Below, one piece after another: positions 21,324 to 30,526 of a DNA stretch of 64,000 nucleotides (the stretch's first letter is position 1; every line of letters begins with the position of its first letter). The notes under the pieces are model-generated. The model worked only from the letters and a program-made list of their open reading frames with translations, had not been told where the DNA came from and ran no database searches. A program made the position numbers and the translations under genes. Origin of the DNA: an uncultured Chloroflexia bacterium. GTDB taxonomy: Bacteria; Chloroflexota; Limnocylindria; Limnocylindrales; CSP1-4. Where the stretch lies: assembly GCA_963745405.1 (NCBI GenBank), contig CAVUWY010000003.1, positions 132,839 to 196,838 on the forward strand, read 5' to 3'.

Positions 21324-22171
21324 GCCGTCTCGATCGCGACCTCGTGTCGGCGCTCAGGGCCGAGCTCGCCGCGGCCGACGCGCCGCGGCCCTGCGACCGA
21401 CGCGCGCTGGCGGCCGGCCTCGGGCCGACGGGAGCGGACCGCGACGCCGTCACCGCCCGCCTCGCGGTCCGACTCGGCCTCGGGGACCAGGCCGGCCCGG
21501 CCCCGGAGCCTTTCGACTGGACCGCCGCGCGAGATCATTGCCGGATCACCTTCCTCCGGGGCCTCTTCCTCGGCCACGGCTCGCTGAGCCTCGCCAACGG
21601 CACGACCCACCTCGAATTCGTCGTCGAGCCGAACGAGGCCTCCACCCTCGCCGGCCGGCTCCGCGACCTCGACATGCCGGCGTCGTCGCGGGTCAGGCGG
21701 GGCCGCGGCGTCGTGACCTGGAAGAGCAGCGAGTCGGTCATCCACTTCCTCCGGATGGCTGGGGCCGGCGCCGCCCTCCTCGAGCTCGAGGCGCGGCAGG
21801 TCTCGCGGGCGGTGCGGGGTGACCTCAACCGCGTCATCAACGCCGAGTCGGCGAACCTCAACCGGGCCGTCGAGGCGGCGGGTCGGCAGCTCGCCGCGAT
21901 CGCGGAGCTCGAGGGCGACGGCCGGCTCGCCCGTCAGCCACATGTCGTCCGCCTTGTCGCCGCCGCCCGACGCGAGACGCCGGAAGCGACGTTCGCCGAG
22001 CTCGCCGAGCGGCTCGACCGTCACCGCTCGACCGTCCAGCGGGCGCTGGAGCGCCTCGAGTGGCTGGCCTCCCACGACGACGAACCGGGCGGCCTCGGAG
22101 CCGGGGACGTCGACCGGTCACCGCAGCGGGCCCGGCCGGATCGATCCGCCGGGGCGGCGGTATCGGCATGA
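21320..22171 (+). CDS. whiA: Sporulation/cell-division transcription regulator WhiA (relatively short, 283 aa)
   Basis: 'FLRGLFLGHGSLS' is a LAGLIDADG-like motif, 'NRVINAESANL' is present, and the C-terminal HTH reads 'FAELAERLDRHRSTVQRALERL'. The gene sits in conserved rapZ-yvcK-whiA synteny. Confidence 0.85.
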   Translation: MSRLDRDLVSALRAELAAADAPRPCDRRALAAGLGPTGADRDAVTARLAVRLGLGDQAGPAPEPFDWTAARDHCRITFLRGLFLGHGSLSLANGTTHLEFVVEPNEASTLAGRLRDLDMPASSRVRRGRGVVTWKSSESVIHFLRMAGAGAALLELEARQVSRAVRGDLNRVINAESANLNRAVEAAGRQLAAIAELEGDGRLARQPHVVRLVAAARRETPEATFAELAERLDRHRSTVQRALERLEWLASHDDEPGGLGAGDVDRSPQRARPDRSAGAAVSA

Positions 22172-22989
22172 CCGCCGCGGCCCGCCCGGTGATCGTCGCC
22201 GGCAATTGGAAGATGCACACCGTGCCGTCGGAGGCCGGCGAGCTGGCGCGTGTCATCGCGGCCCGAACGACCGACCCGCTCGTCGTCCGGGTCATCTGCC
22301 CGCCGTTCGTGGCCCTCGGACCGGTCCGCGACGCATTGGCCGGGAGCGGCGTGGCGGTCGGTGCCCAGAACGTCCACCACGAGGCCGCCGGCGCGTTCAC
22401 GGGAGAGGTCAGCGCGGCGATGCTCGTCGGGCTGGCGAGCTGGGTGATCGTCGGCCACTCGGAGCGTCGCCGGGATGCCGGCGAGACGGACGCCCTCATC
22501 GGAGCCAAGCTCGGCCGGGTGATCGAGGCCGGGCTGCGACCGATCCTCTGTGTCGGAGAGCTGCTCGCCGATCGCGAGGCGGGACGACAGGAGGCGGTCG
22601 TCGAGGCGCAGCTGCGGGGAGCCCTCGGCCCGGAGGGGATCGGTCAGTCCGGGGAGGGCGTCGATGCGCTCCAGCGCTCGCTTGTCGTCGCCTACGAGCC
22701 GGTCTGGGCCATCGGGACCGGACTGACTGCACGAGGATCCGACGCGGCGGCGATGGCCGAAGCCATCCGGGCGACGCTGGCCGACCTTTCGACGCCGGAG
22801 CGCGCGGCTGCCACCCCGGTGCTCTACGGGGGGAGCGTGACGGCGGCGGCGATCGGGGAGTTCCTCGCCGAGCTGTCGATCGACGGAGCGCTCGTCGGCG
22901 GAGCGTCGCTGAAGCCCGACGAGATGGCGGGTATCGTGGGCCGGGCCGGGGTGACGGCGGCGGCCAGGGCCGCCACGGCCGCCGGCTGA
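22168..22989 (+). CDS. tpiA: Triosephosphate isomerase
   Basis: '[10 protein letters not shown]', 'VIVGHSERR', '[13 protein letters not shown]' and 'LYGGSV' are present. The ATG overlaps the whiA stop as ATGA. Confidence 0.93.
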   Translation: MTAAARPVIVAGNWKMHTVPSEAGELARVIAARTTDPLVVRVICPPFVALGPVRDALAGSGVAVGAQNVHHEAAGAFTGEVSAAMLVGLASWVIVGHSERRRDAGETDALIGAKLGRVIEAGLRPILCVGELLADREAGRQEAVVEAQLRGALGPEGIGQSGEGVDALQRSLVVAYEPVWAIGTGLTARGSDAAAMAEAIRATLADLSTPERAAATPVLYGGSVTAAAIGEFLAELSIDGALVGGASLKPDEMAGIVGRAGVTAAARAATAAG

Positions 22990-23017
22990 CACGCGACCGA
23001 GACGAGAGGCCCCGACG

Positions 23018-23779
23018 ATGCCGACCCTCGTGCTGCTCCGCCACGGCGAGAGCGACTGGAACCGGGAGAACCGCTTCACCGGCTGGACCGACGTCGACCT
23101 CTCCGAGCGGGGGATCGCGGAGGCTCACGAGGCAGCCCGGCTCCTCGCCGCCGAAGGGCTGACCTTCGACATCGCCTTCACCTCGGTGTTGCGGCGGGCG
23201 ATCCGGACCCTGTGGATCGTCCTCGACGGCCTCGACCTCATGTGGCTGCCGGTCCACGGATCGTGGCGGCTCAACGAGCGCCACTACGGCGCGCTCCAGG
23301 GGCTCGACAAGGCCGAGACGGCACGCGAGTACGGCGACGAGCAGGTTCGGGTCTGGCGGCGCAGCTTCGACATCCCGCCACCGGCGCTGACGCCGGACGA
23401 CGAGCGGTTCCCGGGGCACGATCGACGGTACGCCGCGCTCGACCCGGACGAGCTGCCAACGACCGAGTCGCTCAAGGACACCATCGCTCGCTTCCTGCCC
23501 CACTGGGAGGCAGAGATCGCGCCCGTCGTCCGGTCCGGCAGGCGGGTCCTCATCGCGGCCCACGGCAATAGCCTCCGTGCGCTCGTGAAATACCTCGACG
23601 GCGTGTCCGACGAGGACATCGTCGGGCTCAACATCCCGACCGGGATACCGCTCGTCTACGAACTGGACGGCGACCTGCGGCCGCTCGGCCACCGCTATCT
23701 CGGCGACCAGGCCCGGGTCGAGGCGGCGATGGCGGCGGTGGCGGCCCAGGGCACGGCCGCTCGGGCTCCGGGAGCCTGA
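23018..23779 (+). CDS. gpmA: 2,3-bisphosphoglycerate-dependent phosphoglycerate mutase
   Basis: '[29 protein letters not shown]' and '[14 protein letters not shown]' are present. Confidence 0.95.
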   Translation: MPTLVLLRHGESDWNRENRFTGWTDVDLSERGIAEAHEAARLLAAEGLTFDIAFTSVLRRAIRTLWIVLDGLDLMWLPVHGSWRLNERHYGALQGLDKAETAREYGDEQVRVWRRSFDIPPPALTPDDERFPGHDRRYAALDPDELPTTESLKDTIARFLPHWEAEIAPVVRSGRRVLIAAHGNSLRALVKYLDGVSDEDIVGLNIPTGIPLVYELDGDLRPLGHRYLGDQARVEAAMAAVAAQGTAARAPGA

Positions 23780-23845
23780 CCCAGGGGGTCGGCGGTCGCC
23801 CTGTGCTACCATCCGGCGGCTGAATCGACAGGAGGCCCGCAGCTC

Positions 23846-24085
23846 GTGAACCCGTTCCTGGCCGTCGGCCAGATCATCGTCAGCATCGCGCTCATGGCAT
23901 CGATCCTGCTCCAGTCCAGGGGGACGGGACTGTCCGGCACCTTCGGCGGCGATTCCGCCGTCTACCGGAGCCGTCGCGGGATCGAGCGGCGTCTGTTCCA
24001 GTTCACGGTCGCGCTCGCCATCCTCTTCGTCGCCTTCTCGCTCGTCGCCTACACGTTCGCGCCGACCACGACGTCGGCCGGCTGA
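23846..24085 (+). CDS. secG: Preprotein translocase subunit SecG
   Basis: 79 aa with two TM segments, 'LLQSRGTGLSG.FGG' and an AGGAGG Shine-Dalgarno sequence upstream. It lies in the conserved tpiA-secG neighbourhood. Confidence 0.85.
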   Translation: MNPFLAVGQIIVSIALMASILLQSRGTGLSGTFGGDSAVYRSRRGIERRLFQFTVALAILFVAFSLVAYTFAPTTTSAG

Positions 24086-24142
24086 CGAGCCTGCGGCCCT
24101 GACCGCTCTCCGGTCGGGCGCCCCCATCCGGAACAGGATCTA

Positions 24143-25960
24143 TTGACCAGCCGAGACCGCGCCGTCGTCCTCGCCCTTGTCGCCGTGTTCGCCATCCTCA
24201 CGGTGGCGGTCGGTGTCCCGGCGTCGGCTTCCCCGAGTGCCAGCCCGTCCGCCTCGTCGCCGCCGGGCGGGACGCCGGGTATGGCGGTGTATCGGGAGGG
24301 GATCCTCGGCCGGCCGGGCTCGATCGACCCCCTCACCGCCAAGAGCCAGGCAGATCGCGACCTCGTCGCCCTCGTCTTCAGCGGACTCGTCCGGCTCGGT
24401 CCGGACGGCACGGTCCTGCCCGACCTCGCCGCCAGCTGGACGATCGACAAGAAGGGCGCCTCGTACACGTTCCAGCTGCGGCCCGACGCGCGCTGGCAGG
24501 ACGGCCAGCCGGTGACCTCGGCCGACGTGGTCTACACGATCCACGCGTTGCAGGATCCCTCGTATACCGGCCCGGGGGCATCCTCGTGGCGTGAAGTGAC
24601 GGTCACGGCGGTCGACGACCTGACCGTTCGCTTCGACCTCGCCACCCCGCTCGGCAGCTTCCTCCAGGCCGCGACACAGCCGCTGCTGCCGGATCACCTC
24701 CTCCACGACGTCGTCGCCGGCGATCTCGACGAATCGGCGTTCAACAGTGCACCGGTCGGCAGCGGGCCGTACCGGCTCGTGACCTGGGACGCGCTGGAGG
24801 CGCATCTCGAATTCGACCCGCAGACGGCGGCGCCGGCTCCGACCACGTCGCCATCGCCGTCCGCGGCCGCTTCGGCGACGTCATCGGCCGCCGCCTCGCT
24901 TCGTGCCTCACCTGCAGCCTCGTCGGCATCGCTTTCAGGCGGTCCGACGGCATCGCCCTCGGCGACGCCGACCGCCGCCCCCACGCCGCCCGTCGGTTCG
25001 GTCCGGCCCGAGGCCATCGACATGCGCTTCTACAACGACGCGACATCGCTCATGACCGACTACCGGGCCGGCCTCCTGGACGCCGCCAGCGGCCTCATGT
25101 CGTCCGATGCCACGGCCCTCGCGTCCACGCCTGGGTCGCGCCTCATGGAGTACCCGCGGACGACGTATACCGGCATCGTCCTCAACCTGCGCCCCGGCCA
25201 TCCGCTGTTCCAGGACGCCGCGGTCCGCAAGGCGCTCCTCCAGGCGATCGACCGCCCGAGTCTCATCGCCTCCATCCTCGGCGCCTCCGGCACGCCGGCC
25301 GACACGCCGATCCCGCCCTCGTCGTGGGCCTACGATGCGACGGCCGCAAGGCCGATCGCCTACGACCCCGCCGCCGCGACGAAGGCGCTCAAGAAGGCCG
25401 GCTGGACCCTGGTCGACGGCGCCTGGCGAGCGCCGAAGTCGAAGCAGCGGCTCAGCCTCGAGCTCATCACGCCGGATCAGGAATCGAACCCCCTGGTCTA
25501 CGCGACGACCCAGGCCGTGGCCGACGCCTGGACCCGCTTCGGGATCAAGGTGTCGGTCATCGCGCTCACTCCCCACGACTTCGTCGACAAGCGCCTCGCC
25601 CCGGGTCAGTTCGATGCGGCGACGGTCGACGTCGACGTCGGCCTCGATCCCGACCTCTACCCGTTCCTCGCCTCGACCCAGACGACGACCGGCGGGGCGA
25701 ACGTCTCCGGGGTCCAGATGCCGGACCTCGACAAGAAGCTTGTCGCTGCCCGCCGCTACGGGTCGGCGGCGGCGCGGCTTGCGGCATTCCGGGACCTCCA
25801 GACGTACCTTGGCCAGGCGACGTTGACGCTGCCGCTGTTCTTCCGCGGAGAGCCGTTCGTGCTCGCGGATCGGGTCTGGGGACCCACCACCCGGGAGATC
25901 GCCGATCCCAGTGGCCGATATTGGGACGTGCTAACATGGCGCCTCGCCAACGGCCCGTGA
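24143..25960 (+). CDS. ABC transporter substrate-binding protein, family 5 (peptide/nickel type), without adjacent permease genes
   Basis: A signal/anchor peptide, 'DPLTAKSQADRDLVALVFSGLVRLGPDG' and 'YTFQLRPDARWQDGQPVTSADVVYT' are present. The start codon is TTG. There is an internal Ala/Ser/Pro insert at about 24821-25003. Confidence 0.85.
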   Translation: MTSRDRAVVLALVAVFAILTVAVGVPASASPSASPSASSPPGGTPGMAVYREGILGRPGSIDPLTAKSQADRDLVALVFSGLVRLGPDGTVLPDLAASWTIDKKGASYTFQLRPDARWQDGQPVTSADVVYTIHALQDPSYTGPGASSWREVTVTAVDDLTVRFDLATPLGSFLQAATQPLLPDHLLHDVVAGDLDESAFNSAPVGSGPYRLVTWDALEAHLEFDPQTAAPAPTTSPSPSAAASATSSAAASLRASPAASSASLSGGPTASPSATPTAAPTPPVGSVRPEAIDMRFYNDATSLMTDYRAGLLDAASGLMSSDATALASTPGSRLMEYPRTTYTGIVLNLRPGHPLFQDAAVRKALLQAIDRPSLIASILGASGTPADTPIPPSSWAYDATAARPIAYDPAAATKALKKAGWTLVDGAWRAPKSKQRLSLELITPDQESNPLVYATTQAVADAWTRFGIKVSVIALTPHDFVDKRLAPGQFDAATVDVDVGLDPDLYPFLASTQTTTGGANVSGVQMPDLDKKLVAARRYGSAAARLAAFRDLQTYLGQATLTLPLFFRGEPFVLADRVWGPTTREIADPSGRYWDVLTWRLANGP

Positions 25961-25990
25961 ACGTGAGTGCACGGTCCGCGGGCGGGTCGA

Positions 25991-26077
25991 GCCGAGGTGG
26001 CGGAACTGGTAGACGCGCTAGCTTCAGGAGCTAGTGCCCGCAAGGGCGTATGGGTTCGACTCCCTTCCTCGGTACCA
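25991..26077 (+). tRNA. tRNA-Leu (anticodon CAG), type II long variable arm, CCA encoded
   Basis: I folded it by hand. The acceptor is GCCGAGG/CCTCGGT, the anticodon stem is CTAGC/GCTAG, and the loop is TTCAGGA. Confidence 0.9.
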
Positions 26078-26113
26078 GCGCCCCGCTGAGGACCCGACCC
26101 GAACGAGACACCT

Positions 26114-26198
26114 GCCCAGGTGGCGGAATTGGTATACGCGTACGTTTGAGGGGCGTATGAGGCAACTCATCCGGGTTCAAGTCCCGGCCTGGGCACCA
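26114..26198 (+). tRNA. tRNA-Leu (anticodon GAG), CCA encoded
   Basis: The acceptor is GCCCAGG/CCTGGGC, the anticodon loop is TTGAGGG, the variable arm is long, and the T-arm is CCGGGTTCAAGTCCCGG. Confidence 0.88.
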
Positions 26199-26284
26199 CT
26201 CCTCGCTGACTCCACGGCGGTCCGATCGGACCGCCGTCGTGATTCGGGCGCCTGCACCGCCAGGCCGTATCCTGTCGGCGGCCG

Positions 26285-26362
26285 GGGCGGTTAGCTCAGC
26301 CTGGTCAGAGCGCCTCGCTTACACCGAGGATGTCGGGGGTTCGAGTCCCTCACCGCCCACCA
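26285..26362 (+). tRNA. tRNA-Val (anticodon TAC), CCA encoded
   Basis: The acceptor is GGGCGGT/ACCGCCC, the anticodon stem is CCTCG/CGAGG, and the loop is CTTACAC. Confidence 0.92.
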
Positions 26363-26708
26363 CGGCTCCGGCACCGCGTCCTGACCGCGATCTCCGCCTC
26401 GGCGGACCAGCGGAGCGGGAATAGGCCCGTACCATGCCCGGCATAGGAGCGGCGACGCCAGGTACTCGGGACTCACCGGAACGTAGCCGACCGGGTGAGG
26501 GACAACGGCCCGGCGCCGGCTACGCTCTCCGTGGCCCTCGCGTCGTGCGTCCTCGCGAACCGTGGGTCTCCCCCCGATCTCACGGTCGAGCGTGGATGGC
26601 GTCGCGGGGGCCATACGATCTGACCAGCCTCGGGATCGGGCGAGCGGCGATGAGTCCTGCGGCGTCCGGCGGTCGTATCGTCGAACCCGCTACGGAGGGA
26701 GGACGTTG

Positions 26709-27272
26709 ATGCGCAGCGTGACCTACTCGATGGGCATCTCGCTCGACGGCTACATCGTCGGGCCGGACGGTGGCTTCGACTGGACGGCGCCCGACGCCGA
26801 GGTCTTTCGCTCGTGGATCGACGAGATCCGGGGGGTCGACGTCCACCTCATGGGACGACGGCTCTACGAGACGATGCTGTACTGGGAGACCGCTGACGAG
26901 GATCCATCGCTCGACGACGCAGGGCGCGAGTGGTCCGCGCTCTGGAAGCCGCTCCCGAAGGTGGTGTTCTCCACCACGTTGTCGGCGGTGCAGGGCAACG
27001 CCCGCCTGGCCTCCGGCAGCCTGGCCGACGAGATCGGGGGTTTGCGAGCCGAGCCGGGCGAGGGCACCATCGCGATCGGCGGCGCGACGCTCGCCGCTGA
27101 GGCGGCCGCGTCGGATCTGATCGACGAGTACCTGGCCAGGGTCTACCCGGTGCTGGTCGGCGGTGGCATCTCGTACTTTCCGCAGCGCGAGCGCCGGGTG
27201 GATCTCGAGCTCGTCGAGACCCGCACCTTCAGCTCCGGCGTCGTCTTCCTCCGCTACCGCGTGGCGCGCTAG
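26709..27272 (+). CDS. Dihydrofolate reductase-like (RibD C-terminal domain) family protein
   Basis: 'MRSVTYSMGISLDGYIVGPDGGFDW...HLMGRRLYETM...IAIGGATLAAE...DEY.L.V.PVLVGGG' is typical of the RibD_C family. Confidence 0.8.
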   Translation: MRSVTYSMGISLDGYIVGPDGGFDWTAPDAEVFRSWIDEIRGVDVHLMGRRLYETMLYWETADEDPSLDDAGREWSALWKPLPKVVFSTTLSAVQGNARLASGSLADEIGGLRAEPGEGTIAIGGATLAAEAAASDLIDEYLARVYPVLVGGGISYFPQRERRVDLELVETRTFSSGVVFLRYRVAR

Positions 27273-27306
27273 CCGGCTCGTCTGCGGGGCTCCGTCTCCG
27301 ACGCCG

Positions 27307-27690
27307 TCACCGGCCGCCGCGCCTCCTCGGTACGGGCGAGGCGGCGGCCGACGCCCGGAGGGCGAGGTAGTAGCGCATGAGGTCCCTGACCTGGTCGTCG
27401 GTCAGGTGGTTGTCCGCGCGGAAGGCGCGCTCCACGGCGGCGATCGGATCGGTCGGTCCCCGCAGGTCCGCGAGGTCCCGCGCGACGTCGAAATCGTCCT
27501 CCGTCGAACGGAAGACCCCGACGATCGCGAGCGCCGTCCGGAGGCCGGGCTCACGATTGCCGGCGAGGATCCGCGAGATGGTCGAATGATCGACGCCGGA
27601 GCGCAGCGCAAGTTGGCGGACCGACATCAGGTGGGCCCGAAGCTCGAGCCGGAGCCATTCGGCGAAGGAGTCGCGGCCGTCCTGGGTCAT
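27307..27690 (-). CDS. XRE-family helix-turn-helix transcriptional regulator (start uncertain; the ORF opens at 27819)
   Basis: The HTH reads 'MSVRQLALRSGVDHSTISRILAGNREP'. Confidence 0.65.
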   Translation of the reverse strand: MTQDGRDSFAEWLRLELRAHLMSVRQLALRSGVDHSTISRILAGNREPGLRTALAIVGVFRSTEDDFDVARDLADLRGPTDPIAAVERAFRADNHLTDDQVRDLMRYYLALRASAAASPVPRRRGGR

Positions 27691-28042
27691 CACACTGCCA
27701 CGCGCCGAGGAGCGGTCCGCCAGCGACCGGGCCCGCTGGGGGAGTCTGGGCGCTCCGTGGCCCGCAGCCGCAGGGGGCTTGGTCGCCACGCCACCGGCGG
27801 GTTCAGACGATCCCGCCAATGACCCGATCCCAGCCGGTCGCTGCGTCGACGATGACCACGATGGGGACGGCGCCGCTCATCGCCTTCGCGTGATCCATGG
27901 CGCGGATCCTCCCGTTCCTCGTGAGGCGCCGCTCGCGCGGCGGTCCCCTAACCGTACGGGGGGATGGCTATCAGGCCCGAGCCCGGTGCCGTCGGACAGG
28001 TTGCAGACGCCTCACAGGAATGGAGCGGACGAAGGTGCGACG

Positions 28043-28882
28043 TCAGCCGGCAGCGACGACACCGTCCGCGGACTCCGTGTGACCGGCCGCGGTCGCGGGA
28101 TCGAGGACGACCGTCGCGTCGGTGTCGGCGTCATCGGCCGCACCGTCGTGTGTATCCGCGACGCTTGCGGGGGCGTCGGTCGACGTCCCCTCGACGTCGA
28201 GGAGGTAGCCGATCCCCTGGAATGTCTTGATCCGTCCGGGCTCACCGGGCTCGGCTCCAAGCTTCCGCCGGACCCGACTTACCCAGACCCGCAGGTACTG
28301 CAGGTCGTCCCGATATTCGGGACCCCAGACCTTCGTGAGGAGCTCCGTGTGAAGGACGACCTTGTCGGCGTTGGTGGCGAGGTGCTGGAGCAGGAGCCAC
28401 TCCGTTCGCGACAGCTGGACGAGCTCGCCGTCGCGGGTGACCATCCGACGCTCGAGGTCGATCTCGATATCGTCGAACTTGACGATGCCCTGGCCGGGCG
28501 TGGTGCCTGAGGCTCGACGGAGCACGGCCCGAACACGAGCGGCGAGCTCATCGGGATGGAAGGGCTTGGCGACATAGTCGTCGGCGCCGAGATCGAGGCC
28601 CTTCGCCTTGTCGAGCGTGGACCCCTTCGCAGTCAGGAGGATGACCGGGACCGGGCGCCACTCCCGAAGCTGCTGCATGACTTCGATGCCATCGAGGTCG
28701 GGCATGACGATGTCGAGGAGGACGACATCGGGTCGGACCTCCTCTGCCTTGCGCAGTGCGTCCTCGCCTCCGTCCGCGGTCACGACTCTGAATCCCTCGG
28801 CCTGGAGAGCGATCGAAACGAGCTTCGTGATGCGAGGCTCGTCGTCGGCCACGAGGACCAGCGGCTGGGTGCTCACTCGCAT
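28043..28882 (-). CDS. OmpR/PhoB-family response regulator with an acidic ~50-aa C-terminal tail; no adjacent kinase
   Basis: The receiver domain reads 'LVLVADDEPRI...VVLLDIVMPDLDG...ILLTAKG...GADDYVAKPF'. The winged helix reads 'ELLTKVWGPEYRDDLQYLRVWVSRVRRKL'. Confidence 0.9.
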   Translation of the reverse strand: MRVSTQPLVLVADDEPRITKLVSIALQAEGFRVVTADGGEDALRKAEEVRPDVVLLDIVMPDLDGIEVMQQLREWRPVPVILLTAKGSTLDKAKGLDLGADDYVAKPFHPDELAARVRAVLRRASGTTPGQGIVKFDDIEIDLERRMVTRDGELVQLSRTEWLLLQHLATNADKVVLHTELLTKVWGPEYRDDLQYLRVWVSRVRRKLGAEPGEPGRIKTFQGIGYLLDVEGTSTDAPASVADTHDGAADDADTDATVVLDPATAAGHTESADGVVAAG

Positions 28883-29334
28883 GCTCCTTGTCTGATCGAT
28901 GCTCGCCCCGCTCGGCGGGACCAGAGGAAGCCTCGCAGACGCTCTTCCCCCCGCAGTCTGCACCTGGACCGACTCCCGATGCGTCATCCGACGCGGTGTC
29001 GTGCATTGCAGTCACGTTGCAGAGCGTGTCGGACCAGCGTACGAGGCCGGTCCGAAGTGTCACCGACTTCGGCCAGCCGCGCGACTGCGATCGTCTCCGG
29101 TCGCTCCCGTCCCGCTGCCCAGTCGGTCCGCGGCGTCATCCTGAGCACCGGATGCCTCAGCAGCTGGGTTCGGGAGACGTGGTGAGGCTCGACGATGGGC
29201 TTGGCCGTCGCCGTTTGGGCCCGGTCGCGGGAGGCGGCTTACCCACGGAGGCAGAGTGAGCGGCATCGTCGCGAGGACGCAATGCCATGGCCTCCGACTG
29301 CGTCGGGGCGGACACGGGTCTGCCACTACCGTCG

Positions 29335-29592
29335 ATGACGATGTTCGGCAGCCTCCGGCCTGTGCTCGTGATCGTCCCGACGGAGGATCGGGTGTTCGAG
29401 GCGTTCGTGCGGGTCACGTTCGGCGACGATCGGGTGACGCCGGCGGCCCTCCAGGGCAGGCTGCGGCAGCGCTACCCCGAGGCGATCGTAAGGCCTCGGG
29501 AGCTATATGACGAGCCGCTGGTTATCTGGTATGTCTATCGAGATGGACGTTGGACACCCCCGACAACCCCCAGGCGACGTGCAGATGACTGA
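29335..29592 (+). CDS. Hypothetical small protein
   Basis: The ORF has coding-like composition ('LVIVPTEDRVFEAFVRVTFGDDRV...LVIWYVYRDGRW'). Its stop overlaps the next start as ATGACTGA. The start is uncertain (29287 or 29335). Confidence 0.35.
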   Translation: MTMFGSLRPVLVIVPTEDRVFEAFVRVTFGDDRVTPAALQGRLRQRYPEAIVRPRELYDEPLVIWYVYRDGRWTPPTTPRRRADD

Positions 29593-30019
29593 ACCAGAGG
29601 CGATCGCCCAAACCGAGCATGCTCTTCGCGCCACGTCGGATAGCCTCCTCGCCTCTGTCGAGGAGCTGTACCAGCTCGAGACGGAGAAGCGGACGCTCCC
29701 ACCCGGCGACCCGCGCCTGGTCGAGCTCTCGGAGGCGATCGAGCGGATCGCGGTCCGGGTGCTCGGCTCGACCGTCGAGCAACGCGTCCTGAGCGAGGAG
29801 GCCGCGGTCGAGGTGGCGGTCGAAGATCCGCCTGCTCCGCGGCGAGCGATCCAGGATGTCGCTCCACGCTCCGTCCAGGAGGTACTCGCTGCCTGGCGCG
29901 ATGCGGAACGGCGCGCGACTGCCGCCGCTCCCGGATCGCCGGAGGCGGCGGCGGTGACGACCGAGATCGAGCGGCTCAGAGTCGAGTATCGCGAGGCGAG
30001 GAATCGCGCGAGCAGCTGA
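29585..30019 (+). CDS. Hypothetical helical protein with two helix-(P)GxP-helix repeats (WRxxER...SPE...LRxEY motif)
   Basis: It is translationally coupled to the upstream ORF. The C-terminal motif is shared gaplessly with ORF 58059..58292. Confidence 0.45.
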   Translation: MTEPEAIAQTEHALRATSDSLLASVEELYQLETEKRTLPPGDPRLVELSEAIERIAVRVLGSTVEQRVLSEEAAVEVAVEDPPAPRRAIQDVAPRSVQEVLAAWRDAERRATAAAPGSPEAAAVTTEIERLRVEYREARNRASS

Positions 30020-30064
30020 GCGTTCGACCGTCGGCCGCGGGGCAGGCAGGGGCCGCGGCCCCGC

Positions 30065-30526
30065 TCAGGAAGCGGTCGCCCGATCGCGATCGCCCAGCCG
30101 GAGGACGGCAAGGACGAGCGTCTCGATGAGCGTCCAACCGACGAGCGCGACCAGGGCGGCCATGTCGAACACGGAACCGCTCGAGGTCGTGGTCACCCGG
30201 TCGAACCTGAACATGTCGCGGAACGGCTCTACGAAGGGCTGCGTGATCGTGAGGATCGCACTGACGATCGCATTGTCGTGGTTGGCGACGAGGAGCAGGA
30301 GGACGATCCGCAGGATCAGGAGGACCTGGAGGATCCCGAACAGCAGCGCGACGATGCGCTGGAGGATGGTCAGCGGGCTCGGAGAGGCACTCGTCCGCTC
30401 TTTGACGATCGTGGCTCGGCGCGCACCTGAGGCGACAGGGGCGACCGATCCGGCCGCTGGGACCGCAGTGGGCTCGACGGTCTGATCGACCGTCTGTCGG
30501 ACAGTGGTTCGTTCGTAGTCGGTCAC
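30065..30526 (-). CDS. YggT-family-like membrane protein
   Basis: 'ILQRIVALLFGILQVLLILRIVLLLL...ITQPFVEPFRDMF' plus a second C-terminal TM resembles the YggT/Ycf19 layout. Confidence 0.55.
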   Translation of the reverse strand: MTDYERTTVRQTVDQTVEPTAVPAAGSVAPVASGARRATIVKERTSASPSPLTILQRIVALLFGILQVLLILRIVLLLLVANHDNAIVSAILTITQPFVEPFRDMFRFDRVTTTSSGSVFDMAALVALVGWTLIETLVLAVLRLGDRDRATAS

